Source of the DNA: Zygnema circumcarinatum SAG 698-1b | Taxonomy: Eukaryota > Plantae > Zygnematophyceae | Direction of reading: 5' to 3' | Length of the DNA: 64,000 nt | Assembly: GCA_037447605.1 (NCBI GenBank) | Contig: CM074806.1 | Coordinates: 248,001-312,000 of the forward strand | Shown here: positions 22,175 through 34,801 of the stretch, one piece after another | Layout: every line of letters begins with the position of its first letter | Position numbering within the stretch: the stretch's first letter is position 1 | The notes under the pieces: generated by a model | Told to the model about the DNA's origin: nothing | The model's input: only the letters and a program-made list of their open reading frames with translations | Database searches by the model: none | Translations under genes and position numbers: made by a program

Positions 22175-25100
22175 CTAATCTCCTATATCCCACAGTTCCT
22201 CTGAAAGAAGCTCCTTCGGTAGTATCCTCTTTGCCTGCAGAACGAACTTTCGGACTGTCAAGTCAAGCCGAAACTCCTTCGTTGTATATGGATTAAACTT
22301 GTCCTCTACCACCACCTCCTCCCCACCATGCCACTCCCTGCACACCAAATGTCCCTGCTGAAAAAAATCCTTATAGTGCGCCATGTAAGCCAATGTCGAA
22401 TTCATAACGTGACGTTGCATTCCGAGCTGTTGCCTTAGCAGCAAGTTTGGTGAATTTGGAATTTCGTGAATTCCTGGAAGCAGAATGACCCAAGGGTTGG
22501 CGAGCCACTTTCTTCTTCCCGCAGGTCCATCGCAGACCTCCGTCCTGTTAGCATATGTGTTGCTGAGGTCATAACAAAAAGCTTCTTGTTGGCGATACAC
22601 CATGAACTCAACATGCCATGCATCTTTTTGCCTCTTTCCAGAGCACTGAGCGGCGCTATACAAGTAAAAGCCGAAGGTGATTGTATGCGCCTTGTCATGC
22701 TCAGTCAGTACGTTTCTTAAGGTTTGGGGTGGCGAGACGGCGAGATATTCATCATAATCGAAGTTTGCAACCCACCTGGAAAAAGCAATCAAGTGTTGGT
22801 TTTAGTACCGTCAAACTCTTGCATACATTCATTTTCCAAAAACAAAAAACGTCAGCTTGCAAAACTCACTCCCACTTTCCCTCTCCCGCATTCCCCTGCT
22901 CCCTGACCCTCTCCCTCCGCCTCTCTCTGGCCCTCTCCCTCCCCCTATCCCTCTCCCTCCCCATCTCCCTCTCCTTCCCCTTCTCCCCCCCCCCCCCTCC
23001 CACTCTCCATCCCNNNNNNNNNNTCCCCTCCCCCTCCCCCCCCCCTCTCCCTCCCCTCCCCCTCTCAAACTCCCTCTCCCTGCCCCCTTCATCTGCATCC
23101 CCCTCACAAATCATGCATCAAGACACACAGCCTCCTGCGACTTACTTCGCGAAGTAGCGTCCATAGTTCATGCAGTCCGTCAAAACGAGCACTTGATGAA
23201 AGTAATGAGCCGGATACAAGTGCCAATCTGTGACATCTGTCACAGTTGCTAAACCCCTCTTTTCAAAAACCGCGAATACTTTTCTATTCTCCTCCGACAT
23301 GGGTCCTGCATCGTACGCCATAAAGTGAGCCTTGTTCTCATAGAGAGCGGTGTAGTATAAAAGCCACTCCTTTGTTCGAACGGACGAAACTGAGCCATGG
23401 ATTGGGGCCGTACAGTGCAGCACATCAACGGAATAGGGAGCATGGAACCTCTCCGAGTTCGTGTCTCCGTAAATTGAAATGTTTAACGGAGGTTCATGGA
23501 ACATGGGGGCCAAATGGTCTTTGAATGAACCTTTAAAAGCATAGAAACGAATGGAAAGGAAAGGAAGGAAGGTCAAGACATAAAAATTCACGAAAAATCG
23601 AAATAGAAACAAAACAACAAAAATAAAAATGAGGGTACTAGTTTTACTATTTTGTCTTTTTCTCTCACCTTTCAGGTCCTCTCTAAAGTGCACGAGGAGG
23701 CTGCCCCCTCTCCCATCGAAGCCCACATTTTGGGGAAAATCGCAGCGAATTAGGGCCACGTCATACATGTACGGATGGCCCTCCATGTTGGGAAGGAGCT
23801 GTGCGACGCCCGTCACGGACCGCCTGCCAGTGAAACAGAGGATGATGAGAGGGAGAGAGAGAAAGGGAGAGGGAGAGTGGGAGAGGGAGAGGGGGAGAGG
23901 GATAGGGAGAGAGAGAAAGGAGAGAGGGAGAGTGGGAGAGAGAGAGGGGGAGAGGGATAGGGAGAGAGAGAAAGGGAAAGGGAGAGGGAGGGGGAGAGGG
24001 AGAGGGAAAGGGAGAGGGAGAGAGAAAAAGGGAGAGGGAGAGTGGGAGAGGGAGAGGGGGAGAGGGATAGGGAGAGAGAGAAAGGGAGCGGGAGAGTGGG
24101 AGAGGGAGAGGGGGAGAGGGATAGGGAGAGAGAGAAAGGGAGGGGGAGAGTGGAGAGAGAGAGGGGGAGAGGGATAAGGAGACAGAGAAAGGGAGAGAGA
24201 GAGAGGGAGAGAGAAGTTGAAGGAATGTATTATAGAGGAGAGTGTAACACAGAAAGCTTGATGGAGTGGGGGAGTGCAAGGAAAAGCACGGGAGGTGTTT
24301 GTGTTCGTGAGTATGCGGGGAGAGAAGAGAGAATAGAGAGAGAGAGGAAGAGAGAGAGAGAGGGAGACAGAGGGAGTGGGGGAGAGAGCGAGAGAGAGTC
24401 GGGGGGGCCAGGGTGGTTTCTGGCTGCGTGAGCGGATGGCCTTCTTCACATGTGAACATCCTCATACAAATGCGGGCAGGCAAAAAATGAAAGAAACAGC
24501 AGCGTTCACCTTTTTTCCTTACTGCCCGAGTTTTCCGGCAGCCAATAGCAGCTCCTCAGCTCAGGAATGGCCTTCAGATCTAAAAGAGTTTTTCGCTGCC
24601 CGAGGCCGATCACAAAAAAACTTGACAATGTGTACCGGTATGCACTGTACCCAATGGCTCCATAAAGCGAACTTAAGTCAGGGCAGAGTGAGAGAGAGAG
24701 AGAGGGTGAGGGAGAGAGAGTGAGGGGAGAGGGAGAGGGAGAGGGGGGGAGAGAGTGTGAGGGGAGAGGGAGAGGGGGAGACAGGTGAGGGGGAGAGAGA
24801 GGGGGAGGAGGAGAGGGAGAGGGAGGGACAGGGAGAGGGACAGGGAGAGGGAGAAGGAGAAGGAGAGGTGGGAGTGACAGAAGCTTTAGAAAGTACAAAA
24901 GGGGGAAAGTACCTGAATCTGACAAATATGTAGGGCTCCGTGGAGCCTACAGGAATATATCTCCGATTTGGAATCTTTTTTTGAGTCACATTCTTTAAAC
25001 TTTCCAGGACTGCCCGGAGCTCCTCCGCAGAAAAACTTCTCTCCGAGTTGGCGTTTGACCCTGCTTTAAATTAAAAAACGGAATTCCAGAAATGAGAGCA

Positions 25101-25444
25101 ACGGTAAATATACGCATAGATAAGGCAGTTCTGTAATGATGGGGTTCTATTCGTGCCCTACTTCTAATTTTAAAATTTAATGTCCATTATTCTCTAATGC
25201 TGCAAAGGGTGAGCTTAGGAAATTGAGCTTATAATTATACCATTAGTACCATCCGTCCCTCTAAATGTATTCGATTTTTTTGAAATAACTTACCCGACTC
25301 TCCTTTGGTTTGGAGGCGATTTCCAGTAATTTTTCTTTCCGTTTCGGAAAGATTCCGACAGTGCGCCGAAGCCAATAAGTTAAATAACATACAAAATGTA
25401 AAAAATAAGTAAAGCGAATCATCGCTGAAAATTGAAAGTCTCAT
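22175..25444 (-). CDS. GALS: GT92 (DUF23) glycosyltransferase, GALS-like beta-1,4-galactan synthase family
   Basis: N-terminal hydrophobic segment LYLFFTFCMLFNLLA; GYSAYRYTLSSFFVIGL; MYDVALIRCDFP; LHCTAPIHGSVSSVRTKEWLLYY; HYFHQVLVLTDCMNYGRYFAK|WVANFDYDEYL (DxD-type motif as in GALS WMFFFDVDEF). The 5' exon structure is less certain. Confidence 0.8.
23014..23023. other. Scaffold gap (10 N); others at 39462, 42238, 44824, 45950 and 63420
   Basis: N runs are visible; five of the six sit inside pure C/T or G/A tracts. Confidence 0.98.
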
Positions 25445-26214
25445 TTTGGAGAAATCGGAGTTAAGGATAAATAAAAGTGATGAAAAATCAATTATTCTAA
25501 ATAGAGAATTCGAGCTGCCAATGAAGGTTTAAAAATTTTACGATTAAAGATTTCGAGGATTTTAGGGCCGAGAAGGTGATCTCGAGAAAGGGGGTATTGG
25601 GAGATGTGGGACTGATGGGGTCCCTGTTCCATGGTTCCGTTCTCAGTTTGGCGTTGAAACCTGAAAAGCGAACCTCGCGAACCATGACGGGAACTGAACT
25701 GGCGACATGGAGACAGCACATGGAACGGGACCAGCGGCAGTCCCGAAACGGGATGTACTAATGTACGAGGCTTACAGGGGGGAGGAGAGAGGGAGAGGGA
25801 GGAGGAGAGGGAGGGAGAGAAGGAGAGGGGCAGGGAGAGGGAGAGTGAGGGGGAGGGAGAGAAGGAGAGGGAGAGGGAGAGAGGGAGAGGGAGAGGGAGA
25901 GGGAGAGGGAGAGGGAGAGGGAGAGGGAGAGGGAGAGGGAGAGGGAGAGGGAGAGGGAGAGGGGGAGAGGAAGCGAGAGAGAGAGTGGGAGGGAGAGAAG
26001 GAGTGGGAGAGCGAGAGAGGGAGAGGAAGAGGGAGAGGAGGGAGAGGGAAACAAGGAGAGGGCGAGAGGGAGAGGGAGGGGGAAAGGGAGTGGGAGGGAG
26101 AGAGGGAATGAATGAAAACGACCGACAGAGCGAAACAAACGAGGCAATCCAGAATCAGAATCGACGAGCTGCAAACGACAGAAACCAGAAAACGACAAAC
26201 AGAGAAGGCGACCT

Positions 26215-27315
26215 TTACTGGGGACGGTGCGTACGAGGAGGCCGAACACTATTGGTCCACGTGTTACACACTCTTGCCAGGTGATTTAAACACTTACTTG
26301 CCAATATTCGTACTGATTTGTACAAAAAAGTACAGTACAAAAACAATACGTACAACGCATATATCCTGTTCTACTGTCACAGCACACAGATCGCGCATAG
26401 ATCACGCTGTCTCAGTTTTCACACTTTCAAACTCCGCCGTTTCCCGCCCGAATACTGGAAAGTGAAAAGTGGATTTATTTGACTGGTTGCTGGAGAAGCA
26501 GCAGAGAGAGGTCGATGTGCGGCTCAAGGAGAGGAGGCAGCCCCTCCTGCAAGGTCAAAAGAGAGATGGCTGAAAGAGGGTGAGAGTGAGGGTGAAGGGA
26601 AAGGGAAAGGCTGGCAAGGAAGGTATTGTTGGTGGGGGAAGTCTCTGGATTTGAGGAACAAGGAGGAGGAGGAGGAGGAGAGCAAATGAAGCGGAAGCAG
26701 TCGAAGGTGCTGCTTGCTTGCTTGCCACTGCTGTTTTTGGCATTGCAAGAGTATGGCTTGCTTCACAAGTAGGCAATAGGCTGTTTTAGCTAAAGAATGC
26801 AGGTTGCAGACATGCGGCTAAAAAAAAAAATCACAATTTCGTTTGGCTGTTAATAACAAAGGGCAACGATTGATTGAAATCAACTATCCAAACGCTTTGA
26901 TGGAAACTGCAGTTTTAAGAAGTCGACTGAAATTCACATTTCTTTTTTCTAGATTCGACCCTGCTAGTTTCAGCGCCCTAAATCGTGCATGCCATCCGCT
27001 GTAGAACTAATTTATGCGTAATGTGGATGGATATATATATATATTCAAACGATCTATGATACATTTCCATGGCTAGTGAATATTGCAGCCCCGCCTGCCT
27101 TGCAGAAGCTCCAAAGAGGCAACGGCTACAAGCTTTAGTCAGAGCAGCCAACGCGAGAGTCCTTTCGTTGGAAGATTTTTCGCCCTTCAAATATTTTGAC
27201 CAAAATGGTGTGCTTTTGTATTTTAATTTAGAATCGTTTGAATAGACATACCTGCTACTATTTTTCTCACTTGTAGTAATTCAACTCAGGTTTACACAGT
27301 CACACAGAACGATAT
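26215..27315 (+). pseudogene. Truncated direct duplicate of the NAA40 upstream region, exon 1 and exon 2, frameshifted
   Basis: Colinear with 36780-37935. Exon 2 reads ggc tac aag ctt tag versus ggc gta caa gct tta in the intact copy (1-bp deletion leading to a stop). Similarity ends after acacagaacgatatg. Confidence 0.85.
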
Positions 27316-28069
27316 GATTGAATTCAGTGGCAGCCTGTGGAATTCAGGGGCATCATTTTCCTGTTCTTTTCCTTTATCTTTACTATGGACGAGTTGTGCT
27401 TATGTCAACTGCAGCGCCCCACAGAAAAACCCCTGGACTGAGGAATGAGTGACATTCTTCCGAGATCACCGCTTGGGTTACCAGTTTGAGCTTGCTAGAC
27501 AGCAGTACCTTGAGAACGCTTTGTATGAGAAAGGTGAAGTTCCGCCGAAGACTACACCTTCCGGAATATGTGCACTCATGCACTTGATTCGTACAGTATG
27601 AGACTCACGTGTTATTGCTTCAAAATGGAGGCTTTGATAGTACCTAACAAAGAGACCCTCCTTTGCTTTGAGAATTGCACCGAGCTAGAAAATTGGCAAA
27701 TAAAGAGTGTTTAGATTAGTGTAGATACACAATTGTGCCAGCACAAAATCAAAGTGGCCCGCCTTAATTGCTGAAAGGTCAAAATATCTATGGCGCGAAT
27801 TGCAAGGGTGCACATTCAGTATCGTCCACACAGTTGGAGGTAAACAGGAAAGACAACAAAAAACGAGTTCGCACTCAGCGTGGCTCACTCTAAATACGAT
27901 GAAACACACAACAGTGAAACAAATACACTGAAATTCCTCCCAAGTCGTATCCTGCTCCGAAGGCATGATTTGCACATTCATTCATTCCATTGGAGAGAGT
28001 CCTAAAATAGACCTCCGATGGCAGAGGTTCCTTCAGCTCTAAAGATGAAGAGGGGGTTCAACGAATCAC

Positions 28070-29463
28070 CTCGTCAAGCAGATAGTCAATTAAGGATTCA
28101 TTATCCACAAAGATCCGCAGAGGGTCTCTCAAGTACTGCATATCCAGTTGGATCCGCTGAAACCCGCGTCTGCCAAATGTCTGGAGCCTCACGCACTCCT
28201 GGAATGTCTTCAGGCACATCTTCACCACTGAGGAAACAACCCATGTCTGCAGGACAGCGAAGAGTAAAAAGCTCTTCAATAAGCATACATGAACGTGATA
28301 ACAATTCAGGGGCATTTCCATCAGAACTCCTCAAAATTCAGAACGGTACAATCTCAATCAGGTGTGCAAGCCTATCTAGGTCACAATGCAAGACTTGGGA
28401 CTGCCACCGTAATGTTTAGCAAAGGGACGCACCAAAGCAGGACTCTCCATGAGACGTCAGCAATGCTTATTGATTTGTGATAATCACAACTCAACTTTAC
28501 ATAACACAAAACAGATTGAGATGACTGTTCAAGAACCAAAGCTCTAGCAGCTCGTTCTTTTTCTTATGTTCGACGCACATTCTTTTAAAACAATCCCAGC
28601 TATTGCTAGCCTGGACATCATATCCATGTTCAGCAATTGCTTTAAACTCAAGCTTTGTGAAAAGCTCCACGCACTAAGTAACAGCTTTGCAACATCCCTC
28701 TCCAAAAGTCGATACGAGTGCTTGTACCACATGCTATCAAGAACACGCGTGTTCTCAAAGGCATGCTCAAACCCTGAATCACTGAAACTGAACAACTCTA
28801 AAACCCCTAAAACCCTACGTCACTAAAACACTACAAAGGAGCCAGGAAACCTTGAACCCTAAAGTCTTCAAAAAGAAACTCAATATAAAACCCAGAAGTC
28901 CATAAACCACTAAATCTAAATGAAACTCAGGTTCCCTAAAACCCTCACACTCTGAACCCCTAAAAGCGTTCCTCTTGCGTGGCCTCAGCGATCTTGGTGG
29001 ATTGCTTTCATCAGGCAGCACGGAGCTGTCAAGAGTAGCAAATAACTTTTTTTCATCATCGGCCACACTTTGGAAGCCCCCTACAGACTTGCACTAGAAT
29101 CTGTACTTTGCACCATATAGACCAAATTAAACAAAAGCAAAAGCAAGGGGAGGGGGAAGGGGAGAGGGAGCAGCTGATCTACAGCATCTTCCATTGCCTC
29201 CAATTGCCAAGAACAACAATGTTCACCATTCTATGCTGCGGTCTAGTAATGGATGCTCATACAGCATGTACATTTGGCCAATAGGATTTCTGTACTCACT
29301 AGGGTCACAAACCAGTCACAGATGAATCAGCATTCCTAAAGTTTCTTTCAAAATGTTAACCAGTGAAGATATTATCTGCTGCCATATAAGTGACGAGAGC
29401 CCTTGTAAGTACCTCTTGCAACAACAGGTCAGCCACAAAGCGAACATCCCTCGGCTCCTTGTG
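28070..29463 (-). pseudogene. VPS51: VPS51 (GARP/EARP subunit) 3' gene fragment retaining introns
   Basis: Exon 29463-29413 HKEPRDVRFVADLLLQE; FQSVADDEKKLF; RLLERDVAKL-(frameshift)-VELFTKLEF; exon 28246-28070 TWVVSSVVKMCLKTFQECVRLQTFGRRGFQRIQLDMQYLRDPLRIFVDNESLIDYLLDE. These match the VPS51 C-terminal motifs. The 5' exons and final exon were not found. Confidence 0.8.
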
Positions 29464-29809
29464 CTGCAAGAAGCCATGCCAGCCCATTCGTCCCTCCCTC
29501 CCTCCCTCCATACCCCTGCCTGCCTCTATACCCCACTTTCTGCCCCACTGCTCCCTCTCCAGCCCTCTCACTCTCTCCCTCTCTCCTTGCTTCGACCCTC
29601 CCACTCATACTGCTGAAAAAATAAACAAGAGAAAGAAGAAAGGCTTACTTGCACCGGCGCGCATTCCCGCTGAAAACAGAAACAACCATTTCGAAGGCGT
29701 CTGAAAAAAAGAAAGCCCCTCCCTCCCTCCCCCCTCGGCCTTGCCTCCCTCGGCCTGGCCCCCCACTAACCCTAACCCTAACCCTGACCCTAACCCTAAC
29801 CCTGACCCT

Positions 29810-30110
29810 AAACCACTAAGTCTAAATGAAACTCAGGTTCCCCAAAACCCTCACACTCTGAACCCCTAAATGCGTTCCTCTTGCGTGGCCTCAGCGATCT
29901 TGGTGGAAAGCTTTCATCAGGCAGCGCGGAGCTATCAAGAGTAGCAAATATCTTTTTTTAATCATCGGCCACACTTTGGAAGCCCCCTACAGACTTGCAC
30001 TAGAATCTGTACTTTGCACCGTATGGAACAAATTAAACAAAAGCAAAAGCAGGGGGAGGGGGAGGGGGAGGGGGAGAGGGAGCAGCTCGTCTACAGCATC
30101 TTCCATTGCC
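29810..30110 (-). pseudogene. Second copy of one VPS51-fragment exon and its flank (duplicate of ~28900-29210), now with a stop codon
   Basis: ctaaatgaaactcaggttccc.aaaaccctcacactctgaacccctaaa.gcgttcctcttgcgtggcctcagcgatcttggtgg occurs in both places. gat gat gaa became gat gat taa. Confidence 0.8.
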
Positions 30111-31662
30111 TCCCTCCATCCCTCCCTCGTCCTTACCCCCCTAAGCCATAGCCCTCTCGGCCTTGCCCCCTTCGGCCTTTGCCCTCCTCGGCCTTGGCCT
30201 TTGCCCCCCTCGGCCTTTCCTTTGCCCCCCTCGGCCTTGCCCCCGTCGAAACCTAACCCTAACCCTGACCCTTAACCTAACCCTGACCTTAACCCTATGG
30301 GGTTGCTCCCCTTGGCCTTGCCCCCCTCGGCCTTGCCCCCTTCGGCCTTTGCCCCCCTCGGCCTTGCCCCCCTCGGCCTTGCCTCTCTCGGCCTTGCCTC
30401 TCTCGGCCTTGCCTCTCTCGGCCTTGCCTCTCTCGGCCTTGGCCCCCTTGGCCTTGCCCCCCTCTAACCCTAACCCAAACCCTGACCTTGACCCTAACCC
30501 TAACTCTATGGCCTTGCCCTCCTCGGCCTTTGCCACCCTCGGCCTTGCCCCCCTCGGCCTTGTCCCCCTCGGCCGTGCCCACCTAACTCAAACTCTTACC
30601 CTAATCCTCACCCTATGGGGTTGCTCCACTTGGCCTTGCCCTACTCGGCCTTTGACACCCTCGGCCTTGCCCCCCTCAGCCTTCCACCCCTAGGCCTTGC
30701 CCACTCGGCCTTGGCCTTGCCCCCACTCGGCCTTTGAGACCCTTGGCCTTGCCCCCCCTCGGCCTTGCCCCCCCGGCCTTGGCCTTACCCCCCTCGGCCA
30801 TGGCCACCCTCGGCCTTCCTCCCCTCGGCCTTGGCCCCTCAACCTTGGCCTTGGCCCCCTCGGCCTGGCAACCCACTAACCCTAACCCCAACCCTAACCC
30901 TGACCCTAAACCTAACCCTGACCCTAACGCTATGGCCTTGCTTCCCTCGGCCTTTGCCCCCCTGGCCTTTGCCCTCCTCGGCCTTGCCCCCCTCGGCCCC
31001 TGCCCTCCTCGGCCTTGCCTTTGCCCCCCTCGGCCTTGCCTTTGCCCCCTCGGCATTGCCCACTCGGCCTTGGCCTTGCCCCCCTCGCCCATGCCCCTCT
31101 CGGCCTTACTCCCCTCGGCCTTGGCCCTTCAACCTTGGCCTTGGCCCCCTCGGCCTGGCCCCCCTCTAACTCTAACCCTAACCCTGACCATAAACCTAAC
31201 CCTGGCCCTAACGCTATGGCCTTACTTCCCTCGGCCTTGGCCTTTGCCCCCCTCGGCCTTGCCCCCCTCGGCCTTGCCTCTCTCGGCCTTGCCTCTCTCG
31301 GCCTTGCCTCTCTCGGCCTTGGCCCCCTTGGCCTTGCCCCCCTCTAACCCTAACCCAAACCCTGACCTTTACCCTAACCCTAACTCTATGGCCTTGCACC
31401 CCTCAGCCTTTGCCACCCTCGGCCTTTGCCCCCCTCGGCCTTGACTTTGCCCCCCTCGGCCTTGGCTTTCGCCCCCCTCGGCCTTGCCCCCGTCGAACCC
31501 AAACCCTAACCCTAACCCTGACCCTTAACCTAACCCTATGGCGTTGCCAAAAAAACCCTATGGCGTTGCCAAAAAAAAAAAAATGCGTCTTGAAAAAATA
31601 AAAGCCTCCTCCCTCCCTCCCTACTGCTGAAAAAAAAACAAGGAGAAGAAGAAAATTCTTAC

Positions 31663-34600
31663 TTGCACTGGCGCGCAGTCCACACGGGCGAACTGCCCAA
31701 GTTACTCTCCGCGCAAAATTGAAGAAGGATCAATTTCGAAAGCCTCTGAAAAAAGAAAAGCAACTTCCCTCCCTCCCTCCCTCGGCTTTGCCCCCCTCGG
31801 CCTTCACCTTGCCCCCCTCGACCTTGCCTCCCTCGGCCGTGCCCACCTAGCTCAAACCCTTACCCTTATCCTCACCCTTGGCCTTGCCCCCTCAGCCTTG
31901 CCCCCCTCGGCCTTCCTCCCCTCGGCATTGCCCACTCGGCCTTGGCCTTGCCCCCCTCGGCCATGGCCTTGCCCCCCTCGGCCATGGCCTTGCCCCCCTC
32001 GGCCATGGCCTTGCCCCCCTCGGCCATGGCCCTCTCAGCCTTACTCCCCTCGGCCTTGGCCCCTGAACCTTGGCCTTGGACCCCTCGGCCTGGCACCCCA
32101 CTAACCCTAACCCAAACCCTGACCCTAAACCTAACCCTGACCCTAACGCTATGGCCTTGCTTCCCTCGGCCTTTGCCCTCCTCGGCCTTGCCCCCCTCGG
32201 CCTTTGCCCCCCTCGGCCTTGCCTTTGCCCCCCTCGGCCTTGCCTTTGCCCCCTCGGCATTGCCCACTCGGCCTTGGCCTTGCCCCCCTCGGCCTTGCCC
32301 CCCTCGGCCTTGCCCCCTCGGCCTTGCCCCTCAACCTTCTCAGCCTTGGCCCCCTCGGCCTGGCACCCCCTGGCACCCCACTAACCCTAACCCAAACGCT
32401 ATGGCCTTGCTTCCCTCGGCCTTTGCCCTCCTCGGCCTTGGCCTTTGCCCGCCTCGGCCTTGCCCCCCTCTGCCTTGCCTCTCTCGGCCTTGCCTCTCTC
32501 GGCCTTGCCTCTCTCGGCCTTGCCTCTCTCGGCCTTGGCCCCCTTGGCCTTGCCCCCCTCTAACCCTAACCCAAACCCTGACCTTGACCCTAACCCTAAC
32601 TCTATGGCCTTGCACCCCTCAGCCTTTGCCACCCTCGGCCTTTGCCCCCCTCGGCCTTGCCCCCCTCGGCCTTGAATTTGCCCCCCTGGGCCTTGGCTTT
32701 CGCCCCCCTCGGCCTTGCCCCCGTCGAACCCAAACCCTAACCCTAACCCTGACCCTTAACCTAACCCTATGGCGTTGCCAAAAAAAAAAAAAAGCGTCTT
32801 GAAAAAATGGAAGCCTCCTCCCTCCCTCCCAACTGCTGAAAAAAAAACAAGGAGAAGAAGTAAATTCTTACTTGCACTGGCGCGCAGTCCACACGGGCGA
32901 ACCGCCCAAGTTACTCTCCTCGCAGAATTGAAGAAGGATCAATTTCGAAAGCCTCTGAAAAAAGAAAAGCAACTTCCCTCCCTCCCTCCCTCCCTCCCTC
33001 GGCTTTGCCCCCTTCGACCTTGCCTCCCTCGGCCGTGCCCACCTAACTCAAACCCTTACCCTAATCCTCACCCTTGGCCTTGCCCCCTCGGCCTTGCCCC
33101 CATCGGTCTTCCTCCCCTCGGCCTTGCCCACTCGGCCTTGCCTTGCCCCCCTCGGCCATGGCCCTCTCGGCCTTGCCCCCCTCGGCCTTGCCCCCCTCGG
33201 CCATGGCCCTCTCGGCCTTACTCCCCTCGGCCTTGGCCCCTCAACCTTGGCCTTCGCCCCCTCGGCCTGCCACCCCACTAACCCTAACCCTGACCCTAAA
33301 CCTAACCCTGACCCTAACGCTATGGCCTTGCTTCCCTCGGCCTTTGCCCCCCTGGCCATTGCCCTCCTCGGCCTTGCCCCCCTCGGCCTTTGCTCCCCTC
33401 GGCCTTGCCCCCCTCGGCCTTTGCCCTCCTCGGCCTTGCCTTTGCCCCCCTCGGCCTTGCCTTTGCCCCCTCGGCATTGCCCACTCGGCCTTGGCCTTGC
33501 CGCCCTCGGCCATGCCCTTCTCGGCCTTACTCCCCTCGGCCTTGGCCCCTCAACCTTGGCCTTGGCCCCCTCGGCCTGGCACCCCACTAACCCTAACCCA
33601 AACGCTATGGCCTTGCTTCCCTCGGCCTTTGCCCTCCTCGGCCTTGGCCTTTGCCCCCCTCGGCCTTGCCCCCCCTCTGCCTTGCCTCTCTCGGCCTTGC
33701 CTCTCTCGGCCTTTCCTCTCTCGGCCTTGGCCCCCTTGGCCTTGCCCCCCTCTAACCCTAACCCAAACCCTAACCTTGACCCTAACCCTAACTCTATGGC
33801 CTTGCCCCCCTCAGCCTTTGCCACCCTCGGCCTTTGCCCCCCACGGCCTTGCCCCCGTCGAACCCAAACCCTAACCCTAACCCTGACCCTTAACCTAACC
33901 CTATGGCGTTGCCAAAAAAAAAAAAAGCATCTTGAAAAAATGGAAGCCTCCTCCCTCCCTCCCTACTGCTGAAAAAAAAACAAGGAGAAGAAGTAAATTC
34001 TTACTTGTACTGGCGCGCAGTCCAAAGTTACTCTCCGCGCAGAATTGAAGAAGGATCAATTTCGAAAGCCTCTGAAAGAAGAAAACCAACTTCCCTCCCT
34101 CCCTCCCTCGGCTTTGCCCCCCTCAGCCTTCACCTTGCCCCCCTCGGCCTTGCCCCCCTCGGCCTTGCCCCCCTCGGCCTTTGCCCTCCTCGGCCTTGCC
34201 TTTGCCCCCCTCGGCCTTGCCTTTGCCCCCTAGGCATTGCCCACTCGGCCTTGGCCTTGCCGCCCTCGGCCATGCCCTTCTCGGCCTTACTCCTATCGGC
34301 CTTGGCCCCTCAACCTTGGCCGTGGCCCCCTCGGCCTGGCCCCCCTCTAACCCTAACCCTAAGCCTGACCATAAACCTAACCCTGGCCCTAACGCTATGG
34401 CCTTGCTTCCCTCTGCCTTTGCCCTCCTCGGCCTTGGCCTTTACCCCCCTCGGCCTTGCCTCTCTCGGCCTTGCCTCTCTCGGCCTTGGCCGCCACCCTC
34501 GGCCTTTGCCCCCCTCGGCCATGGCCCTCTCGGCCTTGCTTTGCCCCTCGGCCTTGCTCCCCTCGGCCTTGCCCCCGTCGAACCCAAACCCTAACCCTAA

Positions 34601-34801
34601 CCCTAACCCTAACCCTATGGCGTTGCCAAAAAAAAAAAAAGCGTCTTGAAAAAATGGAAGCCTCCTCCCTCCCTCCCAACTGCTGAAAAAAAAACAAGGA
34701 GAAGAAGTAAATTCTTACTTGCACTGGCGCGCAGTACACACGGGCGAACCGCCCAAGTTACTCTCCGCGCAGAATTGAAGAAGGATCAATTTCGAAAGCC
34801 T
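31663..34801 (-). repeat. Four amplified copies of an exon-like cassette (83, 83, 67 and 83 nt) within the satellite
   Basis: Copies at 31663-31745, 32872-32954, 34005-34071 and 34719-34801, plus a diverged copy at 29649-29700. On the minus strand each is flanked by ttt(c)tttcag| and |gtaag. Confidence 0.75.

Noticed and set aside
28815-29066. Independent gene starting MADDEKK
   Set aside because: The start is GTG within FQSVADDEKKLF, which falls in order between two clear VPS51 exons.
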